From: Flavobacterium sp. | GTDB taxonomy: Bacteria; Bacteroidota; Bacteroidia; Flavobacteriales; Flavobacteriaceae | Length of the DNA: 64,000 bases | Assembly: GCF_027484945.1 (NCBI RefSeq) | Contig: NZ_JAIXRZ010000003.1 | Span: forward strand, 8,988-72,987 | Reading direction: 5' to 3' | Shown: in pieces, positions 1 to 10,785 of the stretch | How the letters are laid out: the number at the start of each line of letters is the position of its first letter | How positions within the stretch are numbered: the first letter of the stretch is position 1 | Position numbers and translations under genes: made by a program | Notes under the pieces: model-generated | What the model saw: only the letters and a program-made list of their open reading frames with translations | What the model was told of the DNA's origin: nothing | Databases searched by the model: none

Positions 1-2
1 TG

Positions 3-575
3 CCCGTTGAAAAGCTCAACCGCCTGACCCATCTAAACCACCAAGGCGTAGTCGCCACTATTGCACCAATAAAATTTCAAACGTTAGAAACCTTGGTCGA
101 ACGTGTTTTAGCATCGGGTAAAAAACCGTTGTTTCTTATTTTAGACCAACTTAGTGATGCCCGTAATTTTGGTGCAATCATACGTACGGCTGAATGTACG
201 GGAGTTGATGGAATTATTATTTCCAAAACCGGAGCTGCACCCGTTAATGGCGATACGGTTAAAACTTCAGCTGGAGCTGTTTTTAACGTGCCCATTTGCA
301 AAGTAGATCACATTAAAGATGCTGTTTTTTATTTACAAGGAAGTGGCATCAAAACCGTTGCGGCTACCGAAAAAACGGAAGACAGTTTGTATTCCATTGA
401 CTTTACAGAACCCATAGCGATTATCATGGGCAGCGAAGACCGCGGGATCAACCCTTCGGTGTTGAAAATTGTCGATGAAAAAGCCAAATTACCACTCTTG
501 GGGAGTATTGGATCCCTAAATGTATCGGTAGCTTGTGGTGCGTTTTTGTATGAAGTTATCCGCCAACGTCAATAA
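3..575 (+). CDS. rlmB: 23S rRNA (Gm2251) 2'-O-methyltransferase RlmB, 5'-truncated by window edge
   Basis: Frame open from nt 3 (PVEKLNRLTHLNHQGVVA); SpoU motifs D.RNFGAIIRTA, MGSED.GI, SLNVSVA. Confidence 0.92.
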   Translation, partial: PVEKLNRLTHLNHQGVVATIAPIKFQTLETLVERVLASGKKPLFLILDQLSDARNFGAIIRTAECTGVDGIIISKTGAAPVNGDTVKTSAGAVFNVPICKVDHIKDAVFYLQGSGIKTVAATEKTEDSLYSIDFTEPIAIIMGSEDRGINPSVLKIVDEKAKLPLLGSIGSLNVSVACGAFLYEVIRQRQ

Positions 576-611
576 TAAATTATCGTATACTTTCATTAAA
601 ATACAGAAGGT

Positions 612-1379
612 TCAATCTTCGTTGTTTTTGTATATATAGTTTATTTGCGTAGGTCGAATCATTGATCCCAATTCCTCTTCATATTCCACCCAAATTTCTT
701 CGGGTTTAGGAATGTTAACAAAATTCCCATTTTCATCAAAGCGACGCATAAAAGGATCGGATTCCGGGTCAAAATCAGGGTGTTCCCAATCATACCGAAA
801 TTCAGAGACATAGTCGGGAGTTTTAAAAAGAAACGCAAATAGCAACCCTGATAAAAACCCACCTAAATGCCCTTCCCAAGAAATTTTTGGATCTACTTCT
901 GGAAATACATACCAAATCATACCACCATAGAGCAACACAACTGTTAGTGATAAAGCCATCAAGCGGTAATATTGGGTCATCATTCCTTTGAAAAAAATAA
1001 AAGAAACAAGCACATAAATCAAACCGCTAGCTCCGATATGATATGATTCGCGCCCAATAATCCACGTAATCAAACCCGAAAACACGATACCGTAACCCAA
1101 TACTTTTAGTGAAATCGCACGGTAAAAATAAATCAAGGCTGTAGTTAAAATAAAAAGGGGCAATGTATTATTAAGGATATGGTTGATATCGTCATGCAAA
1201 AACGGGCTCCACAATACGCCTTGCAGACCACTCCATGTTCTGGGGTAAATTCCATGCGAAGTCCAATGAAGATTGAAATAATCTTCGGCTAAGAAAACGG
1301 TCCAAATTCCCAACACCAAAAAAAGCGGTACTATCCATACCGAAGGGGTAAATTTAAAATGATCGTAATCGTTCTTCAA
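612..1379 (-). CDS. Rhomboid family intramembrane serine protease
   Basis: H...HI.NN, GASG catalytic Ser motif, SWEGHLGG, multiple TM segments. Confidence 0.88.
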   Translation of the reverse strand: MKNDYDHFKFTPSVWIVPLFLVLGIWTVFLAEDYFNLHWTSHGIYPRTWSGLQGVLWSPFLHDDINHILNNTLPLFILTTALIYFYRAISLKVLGYGIVFSGLITWIIGRESYHIGASGLIYVLVSFIFFKGMMTQYYRLMALSLTVVLLYGGMIWYVFPEVDPKISWEGHLGGFLSGLLFAFLFKTPDYVSEFRYDWEHPDFDPESDPFMRRFDENGNFVNIPKPEEIWVEYEEELGSMIRPTQINYIYKNNED

Positions 1380-1448
1380 TTTTAAAAGACTTTTTTATTA
1401 CTTGTCAAAAATACAGCCAAATTAAAACTAATGCTAATTTGTCATACT

Positions 1449-1571
1449 ATTTGAAAATTTGAAGATGAGATATTTTGAAAATTATAACTATCACAACACA
1501 TAATACTTAAATTTGTGCATATGCTAATTTGAATACCACAACCCATTTTCAAATTGACACATTTTCAAATT
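1449..1571. repeat. 8/16-nt-period repeats in inverted arrangement around rarA promoter
   Basis: ATTTGAAAAT (1449-58) and TTTGAAAAT (1474-82) versus CATTTTCAAATT x2 (1544-55, 1560-71). Confidence 0.5.
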
Positions 1572-1574
1572 ACA

Positions 1575-2852
1575 ATGGAAGCACCTTTAGCCGAACGCGT
1601 TCGTCCTCATAAATTAGAAGACTACATTAGTCAACTACACTTGGTTGGACCCAATGGGTCACTCACCCAGCAAATTGCTCGTGGGGTAATTCCATCAATG
1701 TTGTTTTGGGGCTCCCCAGGTACCGGAAAAACAACCTTGGCACAAATTATTGCGCGCCAAAGTGATCGTCCTTTTTATGAATTAAGTGCAATCAATTCGG
1801 GTGTAAAAGATGTTCGCGATGTAATTGATAAAGCGAAACAAAGCAGTGGTATTTTCACAACGAAAAACCCTATTCTTTTTATCGATGAAATTCATCGATT
1901 TAGCAAATCACAACAAGATTCTCTCTTGGGTGCAGTAGAAAAAGGGTGGATTACTTTAATTGGTGCTACTACTGAAAACCCGAGTTTTGAGGTTATTCCT
2001 GCGTTATTGTCACGGTGTCAGGTTTATGTACTGAATCCATTTTCTAAAGAAGATTTGTTGGCACTATTAGACCGTGCAATGAAAATCGATAGCCAATTGA
2101 CCAAACGATCAATCGAAATTCTAGAACATGAAGCCCTCTTACGTTTATCGGGTGGCGATGGACGAAAATTACTCAATATCTTCGAACTGGTAGTTAATGC
2201 CACAGCAGGTGACCATGTGGCAATTACCAATGCCAAAGTATTGGATTTAGTTCAGCAAAATACTGTTCTTTATGACAAAACGGGAGAACAACACTATGAT
2301 ATTATTTCGGCATTTATCAAATCCATTCGAGGAAGTGATCCCAACGGAGCGGTATATTGGCTTGCCCGAATGCTCGAAGGTGGTGAAGATGTTAAATTTA
2401 TCGCGCGACGCCTTTTAATATTAGCTAGTGAAGATATTGGAAATGCCAATCCAACAGCCTTAATTATGGCGAATAATACATTTCAAGCCGTTACAGCTAT
2501 TGGCTATCCAGAAAGTAGAATTATTTTAAGTCAGTGCGCTATTTATTTGGCTACTTCGGCCAAAAGTAATGCGAGCTATTTGGCTATAAATGAAGCCCAA
2601 GCAATAGTAAAACAAACAGGAGATTTACCAATCCCTTTACATTTGCGTAACGCCCCAACTAAACTCATGAAAGAATTGGGCTATGGCGAAGAATATGCCT
2701 ATGCCCATGACTATACCAATAACTTTATATCGCAAGAATATTTGCCAGAAGCGATTCAAGAAACCAAATTTTATGAGCCCGGTACTAATGCGCGTGAAAA
2801 CGAATTGCGTACATTTTTAAAAAATCGATGGAAAGACAAATATGGCTATTAG
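1575..2852 (+). CDS. rarA: Replication-associated recombination protein A (RarA/MgsA AAA+ ATPase)
   Basis: PLAERVRP, Walker [39 protein letters not shown]; ATG at 1575 preferred over TTG 1554. Confidence 0.93.
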   Translation: MEAPLAERVRPHKLEDYISQLHLVGPNGSLTQQIARGVIPSMLFWGSPGTGKTTLAQIIARQSDRPFYELSAINSGVKDVRDVIDKAKQSSGIFTTKNPILFIDEIHRFSKSQQDSLLGAVEKGWITLIGATTENPSFEVIPALLSRCQVYVLNPFSKEDLLALLDRAMKIDSQLTKRSIEILEHEALLRLSGGDGRKLLNIFELVVNATAGDHVAITNAKVLDLVQQNTVLYDKTGEQHYDIISAFIKSIRGSDPNGAVYWLARMLEGGEDVKFIARRLLILASEDIGNANPTALIMANNTFQAVTAIGYPESRIILSQCAIYLATSAKSNASYLAINEAQAIVKQTGDLPIPLHLRNAPTKLMKELGYGEEYAYAHDYTNNFISQEYLPEAIQETKFYEPGTNARENELRTFLKNRWKDKYGY

Positions 2853-3602
2853 CTATAATCCTTTAATTTGTTGTTCTATACTAATCAATTGATTGTCTTT
2901 ATAATACTCCCAATACCATTTTTGATTTTGGTACAACAACACCCCATTGGGTTTGCCATCTGTTATTACTAAAAAGCAGTCGCGTGAACTGGTTTTGTAT
3001 AAAACTAAATCGGGTGTAGTCTTATTTTTTGAATATAATCCAAAGGACACATCTGAAAGTGACCTTGCCTCCAAATAATCATTCGTTGCTGCCACTATTG
3101 GACGATCATTTACAATACCATCGGCACCCATCACCTCTTGCTTTTCAGTTTTGTCTAACGTTGATTCGGTTTTCGCCTGATCTAAAAAAGTGTGATTTTT
3201 TAAAGCTATAAATTGATCCATGGCCATTCGCAACGATTCAATATTGGCATATCGAAACTCTTTTTCTCGACTGTTTCCTTCGGGTGATGTTGCAATTACT
3301 TCACCATTTGCGTTGACTAATTTAATGGTGATTCGCGTCATAAACATATTGCTTTTGCGCTGTACTTGAATAGCATAATCGATGGGGGTTAACTTACGAA
3401 GTACCGTATTTTGATCCGATTGCGGTACAATTTCGGCTTCATAATTATACTTTTCTAAATACAAACGAAGCAATGTAGAAAAACCAAACTGATCGGGCTC
3501 ACCCATAAATTCGTATTGAGCAGCTATATATATTTTTTGTGCTCTAACCTCTAAGGGCATGTAAATAAAGCCAAACAAAATAATAGTGAGTAATTTTTTC
3601 AT
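2853..3602 (-). CDS. Hypothetical exported protein
   Basis: 249-aa ORF with Sec-type signal peptide; no recognisable motif. Confidence 0.7.
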   Translation of the reverse strand: MKKLLTIILFGFIYMPLEVRAQKIYIAAQYEFMGEPDQFGFSTLLRLYLEKYNYEAEIVPQSDQNTVLRKLTPIDYAIQVQRKSNMFMTRITIKLVNANGEVIATSPEGNSREKEFRYANIESLRMAMDQFIALKNHTFLDQAKTESTLDKTEKQEVMGADGIVNDRPIVAATNDYLEARSLSDVSFGLYSKNKTTPDLVLYKTSSRDCFLVITDGKPNGVLLYQNQKWYWEYYKDNQLISIEQQIKGL

Positions 3603-3603
3603 A

Positions 3604-4293
3604 TTATAAAATTGCTTTTAATTCGGTTAAATGAAATACTTGTTGAACATGTGAAGGCACTTCTATTTTAAATTCGTTAAAAAAAATAGCCGCCATTCCT
3701 ACATTTAATGCGCCTTGAATATCGGCTTCAAGGCAATCACCGATCATAATTGCGCTCTTAGCTTGGCATTGCGCCATTTCTAATGCTTTATGAAAAATGA
3801 GCGGATTTGGCTTTTTCACGCCAGCGGTCTCTGAATTGGTTACTGTAGTAAAATACTTCCCTATTCCAGAATTTTTTAATTTACCATCTTGAACCGACTG
3901 AAATCCATTGGTAATTATGTGTAAACGGTAGTCCGATTGCAAATAGTCTAATACTTCAAGGGCTCCTTCATAGAGGTAATTGTTCATAGGCAATTCATGA
4001 ATATAAGCCGCAGAAAGTACATCGATTGTAGAATCACTTATGTCATATCCCAATTGATCAAAGGTGTCTTTTAACCGACCATAGCGTAATTGAGCTTGCG
4101 ATAGTTCTTCTTTTCGGTATTGCTCCCAATACCATTTATTTAATGGAACATAAATTTTTAGAAAGTCATCCACTGCTACATTGATGCTATGGTGTTTCAG
4201 AACGGTTTGAAAAGCCAACGCAGAATTGCGTTCAAAATCCCAAAGGGTATGGTCTAAATCAAAAAAAATATCGGTTATTGTTTGCACGTTCAT
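3604..4293 (-). CDS. yjjG: YjjG-family HAD pyrimidine 5'-nucleotidase
   Basis: HAD motifs FDLDHTLWD, ITNG, KP, GD...D. Confidence 0.88.
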   Translation of the reverse strand: MNVQTITDIFFDLDHTLWDFERNSALAFQTVLKHHSINVAVDDFLKIYVPLNKWYWEQYRKEELSQAQLRYGRLKDTFDQLGYDISDSTIDVLSAAYIHELPMNNYLYEGALEVLDYLQSDYRLHIITNGFQSVQDGKLKNSGIGKYFTTVTNSETAGVKKPNPLIFHKALEMAQCQAKSAIMIGDCLEADIQGALNVGMAAIFFNEFKIEVPSHVQQVFHLTELKAIL

Positions 4294-4973
4294 AGTATTC
4301 CTTCATCGGCAAAACTAAAATAGGCTGTTTCGGTTATGATGATATGATCCAAAACCAAAATATCTAAATGTTTCCCAGCCAATTGAATGCGTTGCGTAAT
4401 TAATCGATCGGCTTCGCTTGCCAATAATTTCCCCGACGGATGATTGTGTGTCAAAATTAAGGAAGTTGCTTTGTATTCCAATGCGAATTTAAAAATTAAA
4501 CGAATATCCACCACGGTTCCAGTTATTCCGCCTTTGGAAAGGAGTTCTTTATGCAAAACTCGGTTGGAATTGTTTAAAAAAAGTACCCAAAACTCTTCGT
4601 GGGGTAATTCGCCAAGTAGGGGTTGCATTAAATCAAAAACCGATCGACTTGAACTGATTTTAAACCGTTCCTTTACTTCTTCCAAACGACGTCTTCGTCC
4701 GAGTTCAAAAGCAGCAGCGATCGTAATTGCTTTTACTTGACCAACTCCTTTAAATTTCATTAATTGGGGTACGGTGGATTTACCAAATTCATTGAGATTA
4801 TTTTGGGAATGGGCTAAAATTCGCTGGGACAATTGAAGTGCACTTTCATTGCGCGTTCCCGAACCAAGTAAAATAGCAATTAATTCGGCATCCGAGAGTG
4901 CGGATTTGCCTTTGAGTATGAATTTTTCACGAGGGCGATCATCTTCAGCCCATTGAGGAATAGGTGTATACAT
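4290..4973 (-). CDS. radC: RadC family (JAB domain) protein
   Basis: DRPREK, LSDAELIAILL, HNHPSG, DHII. Confidence 0.93.
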   Translation of the reverse strand: MYTPIPQWAEDDRPREKFILKGKSALSDAELIAILLGSGTRNESALQLSQRILAHSQNNLNEFGKSTVPQLMKFKGVGQVKAITIAAAFELGRRRRLEEVKERFKISSSRSVFDLMQPLLGELPHEEFWVLFLNNSNRVLHKELLSKGGITGTVVDIRLIFKFALEYKATSLILTHNHPSGKLLASEADRLITQRIQLAGKHLDILVLDHIIITETAYFSFADEGIL

Positions 4974-5030
4974 TACTAATTGGCTTTTAGAAGCACTAAG
5001 TTAATGTATTTTAAAATATATTTTTAAAAA

Positions 5031-6392
5031 TTATTCTCGATTTATCAACCCCTTCACTTCATCAAAATGGAGCCCGCCATAATTACCCGAACTCATAAGC
5101 AGCAAGGCTGTATTTTCTAAATTATATGTAAATAAAAAAGATTTAAATTCGTCGGGATTAGTGAATATAATAAGATCTTCCCGTTTAAAGGATTGAGCTA
5201 TTTGATCGTAGGTTACTTCTTCTAAACGTTTAATTTTAACCGCATCGGGCGAGTAAAATACCACAGCAACATCAGCTGCATCTAAAGCGCCTTCATACTC
5301 CTTTAAAAATGCGGCATTCAAACTACTATAGGTATGTAATTCTAGGCAAGCGAGCAAGGTGCGATTGGGGTATTGATTTTTTACAGCTTTAGTTGTTGCC
5401 GCAACTTTACTCGGTGAATGCGCAAAATCTTTATACGCAACCCGTGTAAGACTTTCGGCAATTTTCTCCAAACGCTTTGAAGCTCCCTTAAACGTTGCAA
5501 TTGCTTCATAAAAATCGGCTTCATCCACTCCCATGCACTGGCATACCCATTTGGCACCCGCTAAATTATTTAAATTATGTGCTCCAAAAACTTCAATTGG
5601 CATTGCACCTTCTGGGGTTTCTAGTAAGGTTTTCCCATTTTCAACGGTATATGATGCGGTTTGGTACGGTATTTTTCGAATAGCATTATCTGTAGATTCG
5701 GCCACTTTTTTAACCACTTGGTCTTCTTCATTGTAAATCAAAATTCCACCCTGGGTTATTTGACTAACAAAAATCTCAAATTGGGCAACATAATTTTCAA
5801 AGGTGGGAAATACATTAATATGGTCCCATGCAATACCCGACAACAAGGCAATATTGGGTTGGTATAAATGAAACTTTGGACGACGATCTATTGGTGACGA
5901 TAAATATTCATCGCCTTCTAATACTATAAAATCGTTTTCTTCTGTTAAATGCACCATCGTTTCAAACCCCTCCAATTGGGCACCAACCATGTAATCTACT
6001 TGAATATCATGAAAATGCATAACGTGTAAAATCATAGAAGTTATGGTCGTTTTTCCATGGGAACCTCCAATAACTACACGCGTTTTGTTTTTGGATTGTT
6101 CGTATAAAAACTCTGGATACGAATATATTTTTAAACCTAATTCTTGCGCCTTCATCAATTCCGGGTTATCGGCTTTGGCATGCATACCTAAAATCACAGC
6201 TTCTATATCGCTCGTGATTTTTTCGGGAAACCAACCCATTGTGGACGGTAACAAACCGTATTTTTGTAGCCGAGACAGTGAGGGTTCAAAAATGGCATCG
6301 TCACTTCCCGTTACTTGATAGCCTTTATGATGTAATGCCAGTGCTAAATTGTGCATCGCAGCACCACCAATTGCAATAAAATGAGTTCGCAT
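5031..6392 (-). CDS. mpl: Mur ligase, Mpl/MurC-like (peptidoglycan recycling)
   Basis: HFIAIGGAAM, GSHGKTT, EGDEY, DH, DFAHSP. Confidence 0.78.
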   Translation of the reverse strand: MRTHFIAIGGAAMHNLALALHHKGYQVTGSDDAIFEPSLSRLQKYGLLPSTMGWFPEKITSDIEAVILGMHAKADNPELMKAQELGLKIYSYPEFLYEQSKNKTRVVIGGSHGKTTITSMILHVMHFHDIQVDYMVGAQLEGFETMVHLTEENDFIVLEGDEYLSSPIDRRPKFHLYQPNIALLSGIAWDHINVFPTFENYVAQFEIFVSQITQGGILIYNEEDQVVKKVAESTDNAIRKIPYQTASYTVENGKTLLETPEGAMPIEVFGAHNLNNLAGAKWVCQCMGVDEADFYEAIATFKGASKRLEKIAESLTRVAYKDFAHSPSKVAATTKAVKNQYPNRTLLACLELHTYSSLNAAFLKEYEGALDAADVAVVFYSPDAVKIKRLEEVTYDQIAQSFKREDLIIFTNPDEFKSFLFTYNLENTALLLMSSGNYGGLHFDEVKGLINRE

Positions 6393-6394
6393 AG

Positions 6395-7090
6395 TTAGGA
6401 GTCTTTTGAATCAAAAGTTGCTTTAAGCTTTCGTGCTTTTTCAGCGTTTTTTAATTTATTTTGGTACAAATGATATAATTTTTGAAAAGTTGCTTTAGAA
6501 TTACCCAATTCATGTGCTTTAAGGTAGTTAGTTTCGGCATTAGCATACCGCTTAAAATATTCATCGATATACCCTCTTGACAAATAGCCATCTACTTTGG
6601 AAATATTCATCAACTCTCCGGCATATTTTCGCGCTTTATCTTCACTTCCACCAATCATAGCGGGTAGTTCTAAATATAACATTACCAGAGCCCAGCGGGT
6701 TTCTACATGTTTATGGTCCAATTGAGCCGCTTTTAAGAATGCCTTTTCAATGGTATCAATCATGCCCAAGGCTTTGAATTTATTAACCGATTTAGCTTTC
6801 ATTCCCAGCGCTCCACCATATTTATACCAATAATTCGCATTTTGAAGGTTTTGCCTTTTTAATTGTTCATAATAGGCTATTGCATCGTCCCACTTTTTTT
6901 GGAATCCGGCAATATCGCCCAAGTATTCTAAAATTTTAGGATTATTGGGTTTTTCCCGCAAACAACGTTCAAAAAAGGTTTGGGCTTGGTCCCACCGTTG
7001 TGCTTTAAAAAGCTGTTCTCCTTTTTCTAAATCGGTTTGTCCTACTACCGATAGTGATATAAAGAAAATCAAATACAGATAGCTTTTCAT
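6395..7090 (-). CDS. Exported tetratricopeptide repeat protein
   Basis: Signal peptide plus TPR-like helical repeats. Confidence 0.75.
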   Translation of the reverse strand: MKSYLYLIFFISLSVVGQTDLEKGEQLFKAQRWDQAQTFFERCLREKPNNPKILEYLGDIAGFQKKWDDAIAYYEQLKRQNLQNANYWYKYGGALGMKAKSVNKFKALGMIDTIEKAFLKAAQLDHKHVETRWALVMLYLELPAMIGGSEDKARKYAGELMNISKVDGYLSRGYIDEYFKRYANAETNYLKAHELGNSKATFQKLYHLYQNKLKNAEKARKLKATFDSKDS

Positions 7091-7115
7091 AGCGTAGTTT
7101 TAGATGATCAAAAAT

Positions 7116-7146
7116 AAAAAAACTCCGGCGATTGACCGGAGTTTTT
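7116..7146 (-). terminator. Intrinsic terminator after S46 peptidase gene
   Basis: AAAAACTCCGG / CCGGAGTTTTT stem with U-tract on minus strand. Confidence 0.8.
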
Positions 7147-7164
7147 AGATGGATTTATGATAAA

Positions 7165-9315
7165 TTATTTTACCAAGGTCATTTCATCAACGATATGTTT
7201 GGCACCTGAAAAGTTTTCAATTACCCACAATACATAACGAATATCAACATTGATTGTACGTTGTAATTTTTTATCAAAAATAACGTCACCAGCCATCGCT
7301 TCAATATTACCATCAAATGCTAATCCAATTAGTTCTCCCTTACCGTTTAGTACAGGCGAACCAGAGTTACCTCCAGTAATGTCATTATCGGTTAGGAAAT
7401 TCACATGTAATGAACCATCTTTATCAGCATAACGACCGAAATCTTTCTTGGCATTCATTTCTAAAACACGTGCAGGTAAATCAAATTCATTATCACCTTT
7501 TTTGTATTTCTTCACTTGACCGGCTAAGGTTGTATAATTGTTTACTACAGCATCGTTGCGTTTGTCTGCGGGCAACGCACGAACTTTACCATACGTCAAA
7601 CGCAATGTTGAATTGGCATCAGGATATTGGATTGAACCAATTTTTGACTCCCGTAAACCTTCTACTAATAAACGGAAAGCCGCTCCAAAATCATTTTGTG
7701 CTTTGGCCACTTCATCTGATTTTGCATTCATGTGCGTAATTAAATCACTTGACAAAGCAAACAAAGGATCATTTGTTAGTTGTCCTTCAGAAGGCACAAC
7801 TAAAAATGCTTTAACCCGATCGGCTGAACTAAACATCGACAAATCAAAAGCTGCATTTACATAAGCTGTAAACTCATTATTTGTTGCATCACCAATTTTC
7901 TTTACAGAAGGAGCAATTGCATAACCGACTGATTTTGTTGCATACAATTTAAGCTGTGCTGCCAAAATATCGCGCTCGGCAGGAATATGCATTTCTTTGT
8001 ACATTTCATCAATCATTGCTGATAATTGCGGTAAAACTTGTGCACGTTTGGTCGCATCAGCTTTTGCATAGGCTTCCAATTGACGTCCAAGCGTACGGGA
8101 AATTGTCCCCATAGCCGAAGTACGCAACAATTGTTGTAAGTAGTTATCATGACGCGATTTCTCGTTGGTCAACGCATAAAACTTGTTAATTGTTTCAACA
8201 ACGGTACCGTATTTTGCTTTGTTTTCTGACTTGTTGGCCCATTTATTGAATTTGGCTTCTTGTGCCGCTTTTGTTTTGGCCGTTTCAAATTTGGTCAACG
8301 CATCAATCATTCCTTGACGGTTTTTCCAATAATTTGCAGTTGAAGCATACTTTGAGGCATACACCAAGTTTAATGCATCACTTTGATCCATATATTTCTT
8401 CATGTTGTCCATACCGGTTTTTGCTCCTTCAACCCATGCAGGGTAAGCAAACTTAACATTTTGCTCGATTCCACCAGCGGGCATCCAACGGTTGGTACGA
8501 CCCGGATAGCCTAAAATCATGGCAAAATCATTTTCATCTACACCACCTAAATTAACAGGTAAATGATGTTTTGGGTGCAAAGGCACATTGTTTTCTGAAT
8601 AATCGGCTGGATTTCCATTGGCATCAGCATAAATACGAAACATGGAAAAATCGGCGGTATGACGTGGCCATTCCCAGTTGTCTGTATCTCCACCAAATTT
8701 TCCTAAACTCTCTGGAGGTGTTCCTACTAATCGAACATCTTTGTAGTCTTGATAGACAAAATAGTAGTATTCATTTCCTTGAAAAAAGGAGCGAACAGAA
8801 ACTACATATTTTCCACCTTCATTATTTTCTTTTTCAATTTTTGCAATTTCTGCATTAATTGCTTTTTCACGCTCGGCCTCGGTCATTTTACCATTCACAA
8901 CGCCGAGTATCCGTTTTGAACAATCGTCCATACGAACAAAGAAACGAACAAATAAGCTCGAAGGTTTTAATTCACCTTGTTTATTCGCTGCCCAATACCC
9001 TTCTTTTAAGTAATTTTTTTCAGCCGAAGATAATTCTGCAATAGCATCATATCCACAATGATGATTTGTCAAAACCAAACCATCTTTTGAAATTAATTCT
9101 GCTGTACAACCCCCATTGAATTGCACAATCGCATCTTTCAAACTGTGGTTGTTGATACTATAAATTTCTTCAGCGGTTAATTGCAGACCCATTTTCTGCA
9201 TATCACGGTGATTCAATCGTTCGATGAACATTAAGAACCACATTCCCTCATCTGCCTTCATTGTGAAAGGCATTAATAACACTGCGGATACCAGTGAAAG
9301 TACAATTTTTCTCAT
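7165..9315 (-). CDS. S46 family dipeptidyl peptidase, DPP7-like
   Basis: DEGMW, TNHHC, DNWEWPRHT, TGGNSGSPV; FDGN (Gly) rather than FDRN suggests DPP7-type specificity. Confidence 0.9.
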   Translation of the reverse strand: MRKIVLSLVSAVLLMPFTMKADEGMWFLMFIERLNHRDMQKMGLQLTAEEIYSINNHSLKDAIVQFNGGCTAELISKDGLVLTNHHCGYDAIAELSSAEKNYLKEGYWAANKQGELKPSSLFVRFFVRMDDCSKRILGVVNGKMTEAEREKAINAEIAKIEKENNEGGKYVVSVRSFFQGNEYYYFVYQDYKDVRLVGTPPESLGKFGGDTDNWEWPRHTADFSMFRIYADANGNPADYSENNVPLHPKHHLPVNLGGVDENDFAMILGYPGRTNRWMPAGGIEQNVKFAYPAWVEGAKTGMDNMKKYMDQSDALNLVYASKYASTANYWKNRQGMIDALTKFETAKTKAAQEAKFNKWANKSENKAKYGTVVETINKFYALTNEKSRHDNYLQQLLRTSAMGTISRTLGRQLEAYAKADATKRAQVLPQLSAMIDEMYKEMHIPAERDILAAQLKLYATKSVGYAIAPSVKKIGDATNNEFTAYVNAAFDLSMFSSADRVKAFLVVPSEGQLTNDPLFALSSDLITHMNAKSDEVAKAQNDFGAAFRLLVEGLRESKIGSIQYPDANSTLRLTYGKVRALPADKRNDAVVNNYTTLAGQVKKYKKGDNEFDLPARVLEMNAKKDFGRYADKDGSLHVNFLTDNDITGGNSGSPVLNGKGELIGLAFDGNIEAMAGDVIFDKKLQRTINVDIRYVLWVIENFSGAKHIVDEMTLVK

Positions 9316-9339
9316 TGTTATTAGATTGTTTTTGGATAT

Positions 9340-9381
9340 AAAAAAAGAATTGTAAATAAACGGATTTACCTACAATTCTTT
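9340..9381 (-). terminator. Intrinsic terminator after M43 protease gene
   Basis: AAAGAATTGTA / TACAATTCTTT stem extended by G-U pairs on minus strand, followed by U-run. Confidence 0.7.
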
Positions 9382-9398
9382 ATTTTTTTAAAAAAGTT

Positions 9399-10685
9399 TT
9401 ATTCTACAATTACTTTTTTCGTTGCGATACCTTCTGGCGTACGTAAGGTTACGAAATAAAGTCCTTTTTGAGCTGAAGGTAATTGTATCGAACGAACTAA
9501 TTCAGCATTATTTTCGTTTTCTTCATCAACGATAACTCGTCCAGCAGCATCAAAAACTTGCAAGCTATAGTTGGTTACTGGTCCAGCAAACTGCACTTCA
9601 AAATTACCTTTATTAGGGTTGGGTGCAATCGAAAATTGACTTAACAATTGTTCTTCATTACCTAAAGCTGTTTGTGTAAACTGAGCGGCAATAACATTGT
9701 AATGCGCTTGCATACGAGTCGCCTGACCTGCAGTGAACATGTACATACAAACATCTTGTACATAATCCATGTAGTTCATTGTTAATTGAGGATCACCTGT
9801 ACAATTGGATGCTACAGCTCCTGCAGGATCACAATTATAGTAGGGTGTACTGGTCGATTCTGTATCACACACGCGGTCACCTGAAGTGGCACAGTTTGCA
9901 CCATCACAAGCTTGGAATGTATGGTATAAATTAAAGAAATGCCCTAACTCATGCGTTAATGTACGTCCTAGGTTATAAGGAGCTTGTGGCACATAATTAG
10001 CACATGTTGTCGGTGCAGTTGTCATAACCTTTCCGAAGGCATTGTTATCAATTACAACAGTCATACCTGCTGAAGGCTGTCCTCCAAGCGGAGAATATCC
10101 TAAAATACCCCCTGAAATATTACGAACAACTAAATTCATATAACCGGCCCAAGTAGTATCCGTATCGGCATTATTCAAATAATCCGTACCAAATGTTACC
10201 GCCATATCACCATTTACTAACCCTGTTCCTGCTGGATGATTTTGAGTAGCAATAACAAATTGTACATTCATCATACCGGTGTTAGTTCCAGGGTAAAATG
10301 ATGCATCATTGGTCCAGTTAGAAATATCAGTGTTTGTAGCGTTATAATCAGCATTTAAAATATTCACTTGGGTTTGTGCCAAAGAACGTAAACATGATTT
10401 AACAGCTGCAGTAGAAGAAGTTGCTGCTGAAGGATAATGAACAGCAACGGGAATGCGTATTGTTACATTAGGAGCTGCAGTAGTTGCTTGACCATTGCGA
10501 GCTTCCAATTGTGCTGTAACTAAACGACGTAATTCTACTTCGAATTTTTCTTGTAGCTCCATGTACTGTTGCTTCATCACAGGATTCTCCATAAGTCTAG
10601 CCATGTAAGCATCTACACCGCAAGTTCGTTGTTGCGCCCAACCCAATTGAACAAGACACAAAGCGAAAAGTAATCGTAATTTCAT
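9399..10685 (-). CDS. M43 (pappalysin/ulilysin-like) zinc metalloprotease with T9SS C-terminal domain
   Basis: Signal peptide, CG cysteine switch, HELGHFFNLYH, NYMDY Met-turn, PNP...KKVIVE CTD. Confidence 0.88.
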   Translation of the reverse strand: MKLRLLFALCLVQLGWAQQRTCGVDAYMARLMENPVMKQQYMELQEKFEVELRRLVTAQLEARNGQATTAAPNVTIRIPVAVHYPSAATSSTAAVKSCLRSLAQTQVNILNADYNATNTDISNWTNDASFYPGTNTGMMNVQFVIATQNHPAGTGLVNGDMAVTFGTDYLNNADTDTTWAGYMNLVVRNISGGILGYSPLGGQPSAGMTVVIDNNAFGKVMTTAPTTCANYVPQAPYNLGRTLTHELGHFFNLYHTFQACDGANCATSGDRVCDTESTSTPYYNCDPAGAVASNCTGDPQLTMNYMDYVQDVCMYMFTAGQATRMQAHYNVIAAQFTQTALGNEEQLLSQFSIAPNPNKGNFEVQFAGPVTNYSLQVFDAAGRVIVDEENENNAELVRSIQLPSAQKGLYFVTLRTPEGIATKKVIVE

Positions 10686-10785
10686 AAGCTTTTTGTTTTT
10701 TATTTTTTTCTAATTAATTGCGAATGGCAAATTTATTTTATTTTTCTTTAAATCAAAGAAATAAACGCAAATGTTTACTAATAAT

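Noticed and set aside
4290-4973. radC as marker of a mobile or anti-defence element
   Set aside because: Full-length chromosomal form overlapping yjjG within a housekeeping run; no integrase or transposase nearby.
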